This document shows positions 11,801-27,300 of a DNA stretch of 56,036 bases, piece after piece; the first letter of the stretch is position 1; each line of letters opens with the position of its first letter. The notes beneath the pieces were generated by a model. That model saw nothing but the letters and a program-made list of their open reading frames with translations, was not told the origin of the DNA and did no database searches. The position numbers and the translations under genes are program-made. Source of the stretch: Girardia tigrina (lineage: Eukaryota); contig MQRK01193787.1 of NCBI GenBank assembly GCA_001938485.1, positions 1 through 56,036 of the forward strand. Direction: 5' to 3'.

Positions 11801-14800
11801 AGTTCCACCTTTTGAAGCTAAAGTTCAAATGCCATCTAAAAATGATGTTTCAGCAAGTTTGTAAATTTTTTGATTGTTAAATTTTTTAATAATTTCCAAT
11901 TTAAGATGTAATTAACTGTTAGATGTTCTTGGAACATCCTCAGAATTATTATTAGAAGTTATTTCCGACATCGAATCCAAAATTTATTATGCTACAACGT
12001 TTTCAAAAAACAGTGATTAGCTCTAATATTTAAACAAAATGTTTTTGAGAAACAATTTACTATATAAATCTTAAAGTGGTATAAGTAAAAATACTTATAA
12101 TATTAATATTGGATTTTATTTTCATTTTATAAAATTGGCCTTTAATAAATTTTATCAATTTTAAATTACGCTAACATTATCAAATACAAAATCATTTCCT
12201 TAAATTTTATTAATTAAAAAATCTATATTATCATTTGCTAATAATTATCTTTAATCAAATTTTATAATTTTAAAATTACACAAACATTAACAATTATTTA
12301 ATAGTTTCGTTTTATTTTATTAATTTTAACATTTCTTTTAAAAAATTACATATTTTACAGAATTTCTACATTTTAATTGGTATATTCAATTTTACATTCT
12401 TTCAAAAATTTTTAATAGCATTTCTGAATTCCTGATATTAACAAAACTTCTTCGATTTATTAAAACTATAATATTTACACAGAGTAGGAAATAGCTGGAA
12501 GATAATTTCCAAGAATGTTCAGCTTGAACAGTTCATAAAGAGTTGGATTTCTGAAGAAAAACGTGTCCTTATTATTAGAATAAATGAATTTTATATTTCC
12601 TGGAATCTGAAATATCGGAATCTTAAAGGTTTCTGAACATGGCAACTAAATTTAATAACTTATTAGAATATTTTAAAATAACTTAAACAATCTACTCTAA
12701 TCTCTTATAATACAACAAGAGACAACTATACCAACAAAGAGGAAATATTTTGAAACATTTTTACTTAAAAAAGATGTAATAATTTTTTTGTCCATAAAAG
12801 GTTTGTTAAAAGTCTAAAAGAAGTTTGTAGTTATAACTTATTTTACTAATAAGAATTTGAGTTTTTAAAGAAAACTTAAGCGACAAAATTTTGATGAATT
12901 TATTCAGATATAATTAATATTAACATATTTTATTTAGTGTACGAAACTGAGGGACCAAAAAAAATGCCAACGGAAGTCATCGGTGCAGGTCCAACTTTTG
13001 CCTCAAAAATCACTAACGTAGAATCAAATCAAGGTTTTAGCTGAATATTAACAACACTAATTTTTAACGAAAAATTTTACGTAGGTTCTACCATTAATAT
13101 TCCTATTGATATATCTGGTGAACCCATGCCAGATGTTAGATTTTTAAAAGGAGGAAAAGAAATTCTTCCAGATGGCAGAATATCAATAAAGAGTGATCTA
13201 GCAAAGAAAAAGGTTACATTAAGTATCAAGAAAGCTCAGCCGAAAGATGAAGGAAAATATACCGTGAATTTAGAATATGGTGGAATATTGTATGACTCTA
13301 CTAAGTTTACAATTTATGTCAAGGATCGAAAAGCTTCAATTATGCCTGAGTAAATTCCTTAAATAAACAAATTAATGATATTGTTGTTAATCCCTACAGA
13401 GCAGAATCTGAAGAAGATGACGCTGTTGCTGAACTTGCAGTACCCTCTTCTAGAGGAAGTCGCCGTCCATCTCAAATAGAATTAATAAAGATGAATCTCA
13501 AAAAAGTTGATAAAACAGAAGACGGAGAACCAATCAATGTTGTAAGATATTCATTATTGAAACACGAAAAACTAACAATATAAATAATAAAAATTTCTAA
13601 AGGAAAAAGCTGACAGTAGAAGATCATCACAAACAGAAATACCGAAAACTGCTGGACTCTTAGATCCTAAAATGTTAGAATCTCAACTCCAGCAAAGACG
13701 AGAATCAATGGGGAGTCGACGAACATCTTTGGCTGATGTCATTCCTGGGTTTCCGGCTTTGAAGCATCACGAAAAGCCGAAACAGGTATATTTTCTGCAA
13801 ATTAAGTTTTTTTATTTTTAAACATAATTTAGCCTTTTTTGCCAAATGAGTTAAAACAGTTTTAATTGTAAATAAACATTCTATGTTTAACAGATTAATT
13901 AACAGAAAAGTGATTTAATGATTGCAAAAAGTTATTATGTAAAAGTTATTAAAATTAGGAACTAATTAGAAGGCAAAAGTGTAAGAGTGGATTGACCCCG
14001 GTTGGTAGCAAGTCATAACACTCGGGTAACTAAACTTTACATCAATATGAATAATTCTTGTTTCAATGCGTAATCACAGGGGAATTCCAGTAACATATAT
14101 TACTGACATGAATAATACCACAATGTATATCGTTGTGACCAAATCTTTTCATTTCGTATATTGCAATTTATTTATCTCTGTAACTCCATTCCTCAGTTAC
14201 TTGACTCAAACATGTTAGATCACATATAACGCCATATATAGTGACTTAGCTAATATAACCAAATGCATGGTACCACTTAAATTCTAATACAGTGCTGGAA
14301 ATAAAGATACTTCCACGTTCATTTTTTTTACCCAAGGAAGTTGATACTATTTGTGCAATTTTTTCCTCTGTTTGATTGATCAACAATCATTATTTAATTA
14401 CTTTCCATATCAATTTTAAACTAAAAATACGAGCTTTTAGGAAAGAAGTAAAAAACTTCTCAAAAACGTAGTTTTTCACCTGGAAATAAGTATACGTTCA
14501 CTTTTAAAAAATTTCAATTTAAACAATATCATATCAGAAAAGTGAATGAAATTCCCCGTGAACTTTCTTAGCTGATCAATATTCTTATCAAACTTTTCAA
14601 ACAGTGCCGTAGATAGCAGATACTGACTATAATTACTTGAGATACCCTTGGTTCATGTGATGGTGCACCACGGCGCCATCCATTTGCAGAAATTTTAATA
14701 AAATGGAATGACGCCACATCTTTATCTTTATTCTTATTAGTTTTACGATTTATCTTTGCGAGGAAGAGAAGACTGTCCTTTGTTCTCACCAGATCTATGA

Positions 14801-16043
14801 GTGTACTGTACTTTGATAGTTCAAAGGTTTAGTGTATTTTTAATCAGTAATGATGGTGAAACTAAAATTCCTTGGTTAGCAGTACAAATACTATACTTAT
14901 CAGTTGCAACAAAATATTTATGTTCAATTTCACTCTTCTTAAAAACCTCCTAACAATTCCGAAGGATCAAAGTTATCAGATTATGAGAAAGATCAAATTA
15001 ATAAAAAGACGAAATGGGGAAAAAGTAATGGGAAAATTTCGCAGGAATTAGGGTGCTCACTTGACTTGGTGAACAGATATCTTAGTAATCCCGTCGATTA
15101 TGGTACATAAAAATTATTATTGGCATGTTTACGGAATGAGCTACTGTTATTTTCAAGATGAAATTTTGGAGGTGGTAGTGTCAAGACTTGGGTGGCCTTT
15201 AGTGTACATAGAAAGCTTCTATTAAGATTTACTTCAAAAATGAACTCATATAACTGCCAAGAAGTTTTTTTGTTCTTTTTATCACTTTATTTTAATAAAC
15301 ATTTAGTGAAAGTGAACGTATACTTATTTCCACGTGAAAAACTACGTTTTTGAGAAGTTTTTTACTTCTTTCCTAAAAGCTCATATTTTTAGTTTAAAAT
15401 TGATATGGAAAGTAATAAAATAATGATTGTTGATCAATCAAACAGATGAAAAAATTGCACAAATAGTATCAACTTCCTTGGGTAAAGAAATACATGTGAA
15501 CTTTACTTTATTTCCAGCACTGTATAAACATTCATGAATGCATATTTATTTGCAATGTTGACGTGATTTTATCTACTTAAAAATTGTCAATAACTATTAT
15601 TAAAAAATAAAAATATTAAAGGTTATTTCAACTTGTTTGATTTACTTTTGAACCTTAATTAAAGGATAAGTGTGCTTGATCAATATCGCATTTCAGTGTA
15701 GCCAGTAATTAAAGTCAAATCGAAATCCGATAACATTTCAGTCAATTGGCTCTATTCTGATACGATATTAAATGTTTCTAGATATTACCATCTACTTAAG
15801 ATGAACATTTGCAAAAAGGATAATTTATATTCGTTATGTTTATTTATATGGATCAAGGCAGGGATCGGCAACCTGGGCCTCGATAGCCGCATGCGGCTCT
15901 TTTGATGTAAAGTTGCGGCTCTCCAGTTCCATACACATAAATTAAATATTTTATTATTCTAGTAGAGATATGTTTTGTACTAAAAAATTTTGTATGTTTT
16001 TTATATGAATAATTATTATTTCTTGAAGTAATTTATTTTAAAT

Positions 16044-16101
<58 letters not shown>

Positions 16102-17519
16102 CGAAAATATAATTTGATTAAAGCTTTTTTTATACAACTATTGGACATGTTTCGATGTTTACATACATCATCATCCGCAATTTTTGGATGTTTAGTATAT
16201 GAATATTGAATTGTTTAAATAACACAATTTTAATAGATACATTTACTTTAAAATGTATATTAGGGATTTTATATTATTATTTATTAAAGTATTATTGGGT
16301 AATAATGGCAAAAATATTTTAATTAAAAATTTTAAGNNNNNNNNNNNNNNNNNNNNNNNNNNNNNNNNNNNNNNNNNNNNNNNNNNNNNNNNNNNNNNNN
16401 NNNNNNNNNNNNNNNNGTCGTTCGTAATGTGAATCAAAACCCTTTTGTAGAACAGAAAACTCATCTTTTAAAATGGATGAGGTTCTATCCTTACAACATA
16501 ACCAATGATCAAGAACCTTACTCGATCGACTCATTGCTCGCTAATCCGGGTTTTGAGATGACGATTTGTCTCTCCTATGTACGAGTTTGACACCCGTGAC
16601 AATTAAATTTATATACCAGATTAGCTTGCAAATCACAAACTGTTTTCGATTTGTTTGAGAGGAAACTGAACTTTTGATGTGATAGAGACTACTTTAGCAC
16701 TACTTATTGTTGTACAAATACTCTTCTTAAATGCTCTAAATCCTTCAGAATATGGAATTTTAATGATTTGTTTGTATTCTTTAGTATTTTCTTCTTTTAA
16801 TTGTTTTTTAACTCGTGTATCTGTACATAATTTGTCTAATGTTACCCTAATGTTGTGTTCTATTTGCTTATTTGTATACATATTGTCCCTCAAGCACCTT
16901 CTAAGAATATTTAAACCCTGATTTGCAATTTCAAAACTGGACGACAAATTCCAAACTCTGTGAACAAGCCCTTTTATCATACCCTCTCTGTATTTCTCCT
17001 CACAAAAACTCTGTGGTGTTGTGTAAAGACCTGTATCTGTTGCCTTTCTGAATAATCCAGTTTTATAGCCTCCATTCATCCTAGTGACAAGAAAGTCCAG
17101 AAATGGAAGTTTATTATCTACTTCCAATTCTGTGGTAAATTTAATATTCGGATGAAGACCATTCATGAATGTTAGGAATGGTTCTAAGAGGGATTGATTT
17201 CTGAAAACCAAAAGGACATCATCCACATATTTCTTGTACAACACAGGTTTTTCACCAGGGTATGCATTCATTTTATCCTCAAGCGACTTCATAAATATTG
17301 ATGCCAAAGTTGGTGCTAATGGGGAACCCATTGGGACACCGTCTTCTTGAATGTACCATTCATCATTAAAAAGAAAAGGTACATTTTTGGCACAAAAATT
17401 TAGAAGTTCTTTCAGTGCCTGCTTGTTCATTATTTCATTCACAACATGTCCAATAGTTGTATAAAAAAAGCTTTAATCAAATTATATTTTCGAAATACTA
17501 AACTTGCGTTCACAAGACT

Positions 17520-17559
<40 letters not shown>

Positions 17560-17609
17560 NNNNNNNNNNNNNNNNNNNNNNNNNNNNNNNNNNNNNNNNN
17601 NNNNNNNNN

Positions 17610-17651
<42 letters not shown>

Positions 17652-20600
17652 AAAAAATCATTTAGTAGCTTTTTGAAATCTAAAAATTTTGTAAATGGTA
17701 ACTTTTGGCTCTTCCGTCTTAAAATATTGCCGACCTCTGGGTTAAGAGGTACTCTAATTATTTTTTTCTAGTGTGTTTTAGGACGGGTTAATGTACCCTG
17801 TACATAATTAATAATCAGTATGTCATTTACATAATAGCTTTAAAGGAATAATTCTCAACCTGTAGTTACAGAAATTAAAGACAACAATTAAAAATATAAA
17901 TAATTTAACCGTTTTTACACACAAAAAAATCAACAAGCTCTAAAATTCCAGTTTCATAATTTTTATATTTCATTTTTTTTATTTTATATATTCTCTTTCT
18001 TCACATATAAAATAATACTAAGAAAATATGTTTTCGCAAAAATGATGATGTAAAAGTTACATTCGAACTATGTTCGATTTTCTCTTTCAAAAGGTTAAAA
18101 TATAAAATAATATACGGATGTATATATGTGTCTGAATGTGTATATAAATAATTCAATTCGACAGACTTGATTTCACTGGCATCTTAAAATGATAATAAAA
18201 TGGTACTGATGAAGCTATATCAATGAAAAACTTTACATTGGACATCCAAACCTTCAGCTTTGAATGTCGACAGTTACAGTTTGATCCCAACAGTAGAAAT
18301 GTTCTACGCAATTAAAATGAGACTGCAGAATGATGGCAACAATACCTCTGAAACTCGCGAAAAGTGGACTCAAACCGTAACACTCAAACAAGAGATCCAA
18401 TGCTTTTGAAACTTATGAGTCTCACATTATTTGGTTTTGACTTTATTTTTCATTTCTTGATAATTTACAATCAAATCTTCTTATCTACTTAACCACATAC
18501 TAGATCAATCTTGAATTTGTTTTCAGGTATAGATGAGGATAAAACATACATAATTCAAGGTGGTTAAATGCTAAAAGATGATAAAGCAGTTTCTAACCTT
18601 TAATAACGATATATTTTACAACACTGTGCTCAAAACGTTGACGCCAATCATTACAGTGAAAGTCAATGTAGACATTACTATGAATGATTTATCTTCAGTC
18701 TCTCAAAATATACCGCATTACCTCCTTGTATGGATGGCCTTTCGGGGTTACTTTGATTGAAACACTTGGTAAAACGTAAATCTTCTTTCTTTTGACTTTT
18801 TTTGAGGAAAATTTCCTTTATATCCTCTGTGAGAAGATTATTAAGGAATTGAATTTACTCATTTTAATACATTCATCCTGGCTTGTGCTAATGTATGATG
18901 ATTTTCTATACTATAGATAGTTAAGTTTATTACTTTCATTTAAACTTAATATTAAATAAATGACTATAATTATTGTTAATTACCATTTAGGTAAAAGAAA
19001 CATTTATTACTGAACTGGTGGATCAGAATGTGAAAGAAGGAACCATAAAATGTGTACTAAAGGCAGCATTTTGTAAACCAAATGCTAAATATCAGTGGCT
19101 CAAGAATAAATTGGAAATATTTCAAGGTCCAAAATATAATTTTATTAAGTAAATTATCTTTAATTCATTAAATAACTTGATCATGTACTATCTAATTTAA
19201 GTGAAGGACAAGATTACATTCTTGAAATTAAAAAGGTTGCAATGGAGGATGCCGGAAGATATATTTTAAAATGTAATGGCGTCTCAACTCAGTGTAACAT
19301 TAAAGTGGAGGAAAAGAAAAATACTTATCATTTCAATCAAAAACTTCCAAAAACAGTGGAGGTTGTCCGAAATAAAGACATTACTTTGGAATGCAGTCTT
19401 TCCGATCCTCGAGCTCATGTAACGTGGTACCACAATGGCGAAAAAATAGAAGTAATTTCCTTTTAACTAAATGGATTATCTTAACAAAATAATGTTCAAA
19501 ACGATTTGGTTTTATTATTGTCTTATCTTTTTCATTATATATTAAAAGTATGTGAAAACCAATTAAGGTAGACTGAATAAGCAACTGCATAAACCCAATA
19601 TTCTAAAGACTTTCCGTTAAAGGTTTATAATCAATTCTTTTATTGCTTGCACAATTGGAATAGTTGATTGCTTTTGTTTTTGATTACATCAAGAATCTTG
19701 TTAAGTTCGTGTTAATTCGCAGTTGAAGATATATTTTTGATAACCAATTTAAAACGTAAAAAATTTGAAATAAAAAAGGGTTTTTAATAAAATTTGAAGT
19801 TGACATTTTCAAAACTTTTATTTAATAAAAACAAAATAACATATTTTTAAACAAGTTTTTTGACTAAGTTTACGAGGAACAATTTTCATTTTTTCACACA
19901 CAAACCATTTTTTACATAAAAATAATGAATTATAAATATAGTTGCATAATTTATTATTGCGTTTAATTTTAAAATTTTAATATTAAATTTATAAAATCTT
20001 ATTAAAATTTTATTATTTTTTTAAAAAATAATAATTTAAAAATATTGACAATTATTTTAAAAAACAAAATACACGCCATTTCAAAATATACTTATTGTGA
20101 TAATATACTACTGGAAAAAATATTTGCAATTACATTTTCGTGCATTTTTAAAAGGTTTAGGTAAATTAGTTCTTTTTTAAACTAAAGTCAACCTATTGAT
20201 GTATTATAATATACATTGACACATTTGTTTGTTTTAATAGTTTATTAGATAATAATGAATTTGTGTATTTTTGTNNNNNNNNNNNNNNNNNNNNNNNNNN
20301 NNNNNNNNNNNNNNNNNNNNNNNNNNNNNNNNNNNNNNNNNNNNNNNNNNNNNNNNNNNNNNNNNNNNNCGCAATAATGCACCATCATTCTTTAATAATA
20401 GACACACATTTTCTTTAAAATGTCTATATAAGTTTGATAAAATACCAAACTCTTCATCATTGATTTTATCCACTTCATGACAAATTCCAGACTATAGTGA
20501 CTCTTTGCCATCAAATTGTGGACCATTATATAATCTCTGCTTAATAATACTCCAGACTTTCTCTATAGGAGATAAGCCAGGGCTATGAGCTGGCCAGGGT

Positions 20601-21309
20601 AATATGTCTACTTTTTCAGCAGTAAGCATCTCAATGGTTTTCTTGCTTGTGTGCGCACGCGCGTTGTCTTGTTGGAATAAAAATGAATCTATTTCATTCT
20701 TTANNNNNNNNNNNNNNNNNNNNNNNNNNNNNNNNNNNNNNNNNNNNNNNNNNNNNNNNNNNNNNNNNNNNNNNNNNNNNNNNNNNNNNNNNNNNNNNNN
20801 NNNNNNNNNNNNNNNNNNNNNNNNNNNNNNNNNNNNNNNNNNNNNNNNNNNNNNNNNNNNNNNNTTGCTCCATGACATAAAGTTATCGTTGCCGTCGAGA
20901 GAAAAGCGGCACTCATCAGAAAAAACAACTTTGTCAAAATCGACATTTTCAATAATCCCTGACCGCACTATTTCTACTCTTTTGGCCTTCTGATTGTCTG
21001 ACAATTGTATCCTTTACATCTCCTACGATAACTCAATGCCATTGAACACATACGCCTTCGTATTTTGCGGGTGGACACATTGTTGGACAATATATTGCCA
21101 ATTGCTACTGATGTCACTTTTTTATGACCCTTTTCTAAAGACACTATAGCTTTTTTAATTTCATTGTTTATTTTATATTTCTTCGAGGTTGAATTCCTTG
21201 GAGGATTAAAACCTCTTGCACCACTNNNNNNNNNNNNNNNNNNNNNNNNNNNNNNNNNNNNNNNNNNNNNNNNNNNNNNNNNNNNNNNNNNNNNNNNNNN
21301 NNNNNNNNN

Positions 21310-21363
<54 letters not shown>

Positions 21364-24300
21364 TTAAGGATTACGTTATGTTACATTATGTTATGTAAGA
21401 TGAATCTAAAACTCTGAACAAATTGGTTGAAAGTGCCGTTTGAACATTAATTTCAGAATCACATAATTTAGAAATCAGTTATACTCAAATGACATTTACT
21501 AGTTTCCCTATACTTAGTTATAAAGCTAAAAACCAGTGATCTGAAGCTGAATGTAAGACCGTCGAAATATATTATTACAAAAACATTTATTTTAAAATGG
21601 ATTATCTTTTGTTTTTTTCAATAAGGAAGTGTAAAATGTGTTATATAATAAACCCTTTTAATATTATTAAGGCCATTTTTAGGGTTATTCTTAAAGATTT
21701 AGAAAAAAAAATTAACTTATAATTTTTTAATTCCAGTACTTACCTGGTTCTTATGAAATCAAAAGACGTGAAAACAGATGCATGTTAAAAGTATGCAAAG
21801 CCCGAACAGGAATGGAAGGAGAATATTGTTGTATTGTTGAAGGAGATGAAACATTTTGTGATCTGGCATTAGAAGAACCTAACTGGACCTTCACACGTAA
21901 TTTAAGACCACAAGAAGCATTAGAGGGTGATGTAAAAGCTCGATTTGATTGTGAAGCATCGGATAGAGATGCAGAATGTAGGTGGTTTAAAGGGGATCAG
22001 GTGAGGGATTTAGGGTAATGAAAGTCATCGATATTAATGCATCAACATTTTTAAGGAACTGAAACCAGGAGATAAATACGAATTCGGTGTAGAAGCAAGA
22101 ACCAAACGATTTTTAATAATAAAGAACATTACTATGAAAGATCATGGTGATTACTCGGCGAAAGTTGCTAAAGCTAATACAACAGCAATGTTAACAGTGA
22201 AACGTAAGTATATTGTAATATTTATATTAATTTTAATAAAATATATTTCCATTTTAGCCGATGTCGAATTTAGAACTAACTTAATGGACACGAAAGGTAT
22301 TGAATCCAAAAGAAAAGAACTTCATTGTTCTGCCTATAATCCAAAAAAATATCCTGTTGAATGGTATAAAGATGGAGAATTGATTCAAGAAAGTTCAAAG
22401 ATCGAAATGAGTCAAGTTGACGAGGATTTATATTTGATATTCAAAGAATTGGAACTGAATGATGAAGCAATTTATATGTGTAAAATAGGAGCTCATAGTA
22501 CCAAGGGCGAACTACAAGTTGATGAATGTGAAAAGCCTCCGACAGTTAATTCGGATAATTTGCCCAAATATTGTGTCTTGAAGAAGGGAGAAATGTTCAG
22601 ATGTTGTATGCCATATACAGGTTGTCCATTTAATAAACTGAATGATATTATTAATATTTCCCAGGATTTCCTGTTCCTCAAGTTGCCTTATTATTAAACG
22701 GCGATTTCCCACCGGAAACGGTGAAACTAAAAGCTATTCCACATTTGAAACAAGTGGAATTAGTTTTGGAAGACGCTAAAAGATCGGATTCAGGGAAATT
22801 TGCTTTGATGTTTAAAAATGGTAGTGGGGAATGTTCAGTTCCATTCGAATTGAATGTTCTAGGTAATACTTATTATTCTACTTAATCATTAAATCTTGTA
22901 TTTATCATCATAGATCGACCTGGCACACCAAGGGGACCTCTAAGGATAAATAACTTAGCTCATGATACTTGTACTCTTCTTTGGGAAGCACCGGAAGATG
23001 ATGGAGGATCACCAATTAAGCATTATGTGGTTGAAAAGATGGATCTTAAAGATGGTCAGTGGAAGGAAGTGAAAAAAGTCACCAAACCAGAATGTGATGT
23101 TGATCTGATAGAAGGAAATAAATACAAATTTAGAGTCCGAGCTGTCAATGATCAAGGCGAAAGTGATAATCTCGTAAATGAAAAGGAAATTCTAGCAAGA
23201 GATCAATTTGATCCTCCTGATCCTCCAAGTGACTTAGAATTAACAGATTGGGATTCAAATTCTGCTGAATTAAAATGGAACCCTCCTAAATCAGATAACG
23301 GATCTCCTGTCATTAAATATTTAGTACAATCTAAAACCTCAAATTCACCGTCTTGGAACAATGTGAAAGAAGTTAAAAACACTGAACAAAACACAAAGGT
23401 TGAGGGGTTGACCCCGAATGCTGAGTATCAGTTTAGAGTTATTGCCATTAACAAAGCAGGTCAATCTGAACCCTCTGAAGCGACTAAACCAATAATTGCT
23501 AAACCTCGATTATGTATGTTTTATTTAAAAACATTTTAAGGTACATAATTAACATTTTAGTGAAGCCAAGAATTGATAAATCTAAGATCGCGCCTATCAA
23601 AATAAAAGTTAGTCAGCCAGCCACAATCGAGCTTACGTATGTCGGAGAGCCAGATCCCGAAGCAGTTTGGACAATTAAAGATAAGGTATTTTCGACTTAT
23701 TAATCTTTTGTTATTAATATTATAACATTCAGACAGTGGAGGCTAATGAAAATATATTATTAACTTTCAAAGAAAGATCTACGAAAATTGACTTCAGTAA
23801 TTCACAAAGGAAACATACTGGTCTCTATAAGTTAACGGTAAAGAACTCTGTCGGCGAAGATTCAGCTGAAGTAGAGCTTGTTGTTCTTGGTAAACCTGCC
23901 ATGCCACAGGGTCCGTTAGTGATAAGTGATGTTACAAAAAATTCTGCAAAACTTTCTTGGGAAAAACCTGCAGACGATGGAGGAGCTGAAATAAGGTGAT
24001 CCTGATTCTAAATTAAAAATTTATTAACCTTATTCAAATTCACATCATAGCAATTATATAGTAGAAAAAATGGACATGAAAAAAGGAAAGTGGGAAAAAG
24101 TATCAGATTTAGTAAAGGGCACCTCTTTTACTGTTCCGAAACTAGAAACAGGTCATGAATATAAATTTAGAGTGTCAGCAGAAAGTCCATTAGGTATCAG
24201 TGAGCCTCTACAAGGAGAAAAAGCAATTGAAGCAAGGAATCCATTTGGTAAATGCGTTTTTCAATCTAAATTTTATACAATATAAAATTAGACGAACCCG

Positions 24301-27300
24301 GAGCTCCAGAAAAACCAGTAATAGAGGATCATGATAATAACATGATTCAGATTAAATGGAATCCTCCCAAAAGTGATGGTGGAGCTCCAATACAAAATTA
24401 TATAATTGAAAGAAAAGAGCCAAAATCAAATAGATGGGTAAAGGTCAACAAAGAACCTGTTACAGACAACACCTTCAAAGATGAAACCGTTAAAACTGGC
24501 AAGCAATATGAATATCGTGTGATTGCAGTAAATGAAGCTGGCCCTGGAAATCCAAGTGCTCCAAGTGATGTCGCGACGGCAAAACCTAGTAAAGGTAAAT
24601 AAAAATAACCTTAAAGATGTATGATAATTACCTCTTAATTTCATTATAGAAGCTCCAAAATTCGATTTGAGTAGTTTGGGATTGGGTCCGAATAACGAAA
24701 TAAGACTCAAGGCTGGCGAAAAATTAAACTTACCTATACCAATTTCTGGAGCTCCAAAACCGACTTGCGAATGGACTAAAAATGGAATCTCTTTACCTGA
24801 AAATGCTAAAGTAACAGATAAGGAGGACTTGACTGGAATTGAAATCCCGGCAGTAAAACGGGAAGATAGTGGAGTTTACAAAATAGCTCTTTCGAATCAA
24901 TTCGGAACAGATGAAGCTCAAATAAAAGTTATAGTGATGGACAAACCAGGATCACCGGAAAATCCAACAGTTACAGATATTTTATGTGACTCTTGCAAAC
25001 TCTCATGGAAACCTCCAAAAGATGATGGAGCATGTGAAATAACAGGTACACGTAAAATAATGATCTATAAAAGATATTTGAAATCTTTCTACAATTCGTA
25101 GATTACATAGTGGAAAAGTGTGAGGAAGGTTCAACTTATTGGCAAAAAGTTCCTGGTTTCATCAAGGACAATAGCATGGCCGTTAAAAATTTAGAAAAGG
25201 ATAAAAAATACAAATTCCGTGTCAGTGCGGTCAACAAAATGGGAACTGGAAAACCTTCTGAAACAGAACTTATCACTGCGAAAAACCCATTCGGTAATTG
25301 TAATCCTTTTTTATAATAAGAAAGTTTTATACTTATGAGATATTTATTAATAATTTATTATGTCCATGCAAAATTTAGAGGCCCCACAGCAACCGGAAGA
25401 ACTAAAGATAAAACAATTCGATAAAATGTCAGTTACTCTTGAGTGGAAACCACCTCAATCGGATGGAGGAAACCCGATTAAAGGTTTGTGATTGTAAAGA
25501 AAATTATCTACGAATAAAAAAAAATTATCAGGATATCAAGTCGAAAAGAAAATTGCCGGAGGTGATTGGCAAAAAGCTAGTGCTACTTTAGCTCCTGGAA
25601 CTACTCAGACTGTTATGAATCTCGTTGAAGGCAAGCAATATGAATTCAGGGTGAAAGCGGTCAATGATGCAGGCCCGGGGGAACCATCTAAGGCTACAAA
25701 GCCTCACACAGTACAAGATCCAATTTGTACGTTTTTGTGTACGTGTATAATTATGTGTATATGACAAATTTAGACCCAGCTGACTCTCCAACGACTCCAA
25801 ATGTAGATAAAATTACTAAAAACGGAGTAAAATTATCTTGGAACAAACCAAAACACGATGGAGGCAGTAAAATTAAAGAATATATTATTGAGAAGAAGAA
25901 CAAAGATGGAGAATGGGAACCTGTAAAGGAGATACCAGCATCTGCGGATAGAACAGCTGAAATTCCAATGAAGCCGGGAGAAGAGGCACAATTCAGAGTT
26001 GTTGCAGTTAATGATGCTGGACCGAGTGAACCCAGTAAACCAACTAAATCAATCACTGCAGAAGACCAGCCTGAAAGTCCAAAATTAAATTTATCAGCAA
26101 TGAAAGATATAACTGTAAAAGCCGGTCATGATATTCAAATCAGAGTACCATATACTGGGGGTTTTCCACAACCAACGGCTATTTGGAAGAAAAATGATGA
26201 ACCTATAACAACAGATCAAAGAACTCACATATCTGTTAATCCTGAAAACCAAGAAGTTGTTCTAGCAATATCTAATGCAAAGAGATCAGATTCTGGAAAA
26301 ATAAGTTTGACTTTGAAAAATGATTCTGGCCAAGACGTTGGTACTTGTGAAGTTCAAGTTTTGGGTTATTTATTTTTATCGAAATATTCAATATCAATGA
26401 CCTTATTTTACTTAAAGATGTTCCGGATACTCCTGAAGGACCCTTAGAAGCCACAGATATTCAGGCAAATTCAGTAACATTAACATGGAAACCACCAAAA
26501 GATAATGGGGGAGAACCAATTACAAATTATATTGTTGAAAAAAAACCAAAGGGTTCAGATGTGTATGTTGTTTTAAAAGAATTAAGATAAAAAATAAATC
26601 TTGAATTTAGATGGCAAAAAGCAGGAACTATGACCAATTCACCAACTGCAAAAATTAGAAATTTAGATGAAGGAACAGAGTACGAATTCAGGGTGATGGC
26701 AGAAAATTCATTGGGAGTGGGTAAACCACTTATGACTACTGCACCAATCAAGGCAAAAAATCCATTTGGTTAGCTAAGAAACTCATTTTACTTATAATCT
26801 ATAAGCATCTTTATGAAATAGATCCTCCTGGACCTACTTCACAACCTAAAGTTGATGGAGTTACAGAAGATTCAGTTACATTATCATGGGAGCCTCCAAA
26901 GAAGGATGGTGGTAAACCAGTTACTGGATACATAATAGAAAAGAAAGAAAAGGGAGATAAAAAATGGACCAAGTAAAATAATTAGTCAGATTTTCTTGAT
27001 TAACATTTTTTCTAGAGCAAATGTTGTCCCAATCAATGGTACAGATTTTACTGTGAAAAATTTACCCGAAGGAAAGGAATTCGAATTTCGTGTAATTCCT
27101 GTGAACGAAGCTGGGCCAGGGGAACCAAGTCCTGCAACTGATCTGGTTAAAGTTCAAAAACCTGAAAGTAGTTATATTTTAAAATTGTATCATTTTCGAT
27201 ATGACGATATAAAAATCTCATGACTTATTAAAAGGTCACATAAAAACAAGATAATATCGAATTATATATTATTTTGTATCTCATTTTGTAGGATTTACTA

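Larger units (their letters stand above)
15859..17739. mobile_element. hAT (Charlie/Buster-type) MITE hosting a (TA)n tract and a nested Penelope insertion
   Basis: Termini are CAGGGATCGGCAAC ... ATTGCCGACCTCTG with a subterminal GCCGCATGCGGCTC. The 8-bp flanks gatcaagg/ggttaaga are decayed. Confidence 0.7.

Noticed and set aside
17446-21398. ORFs containing IYIYIY or X runs
   Set aside because: They are translations of (TA)n microsatellites and N gaps.
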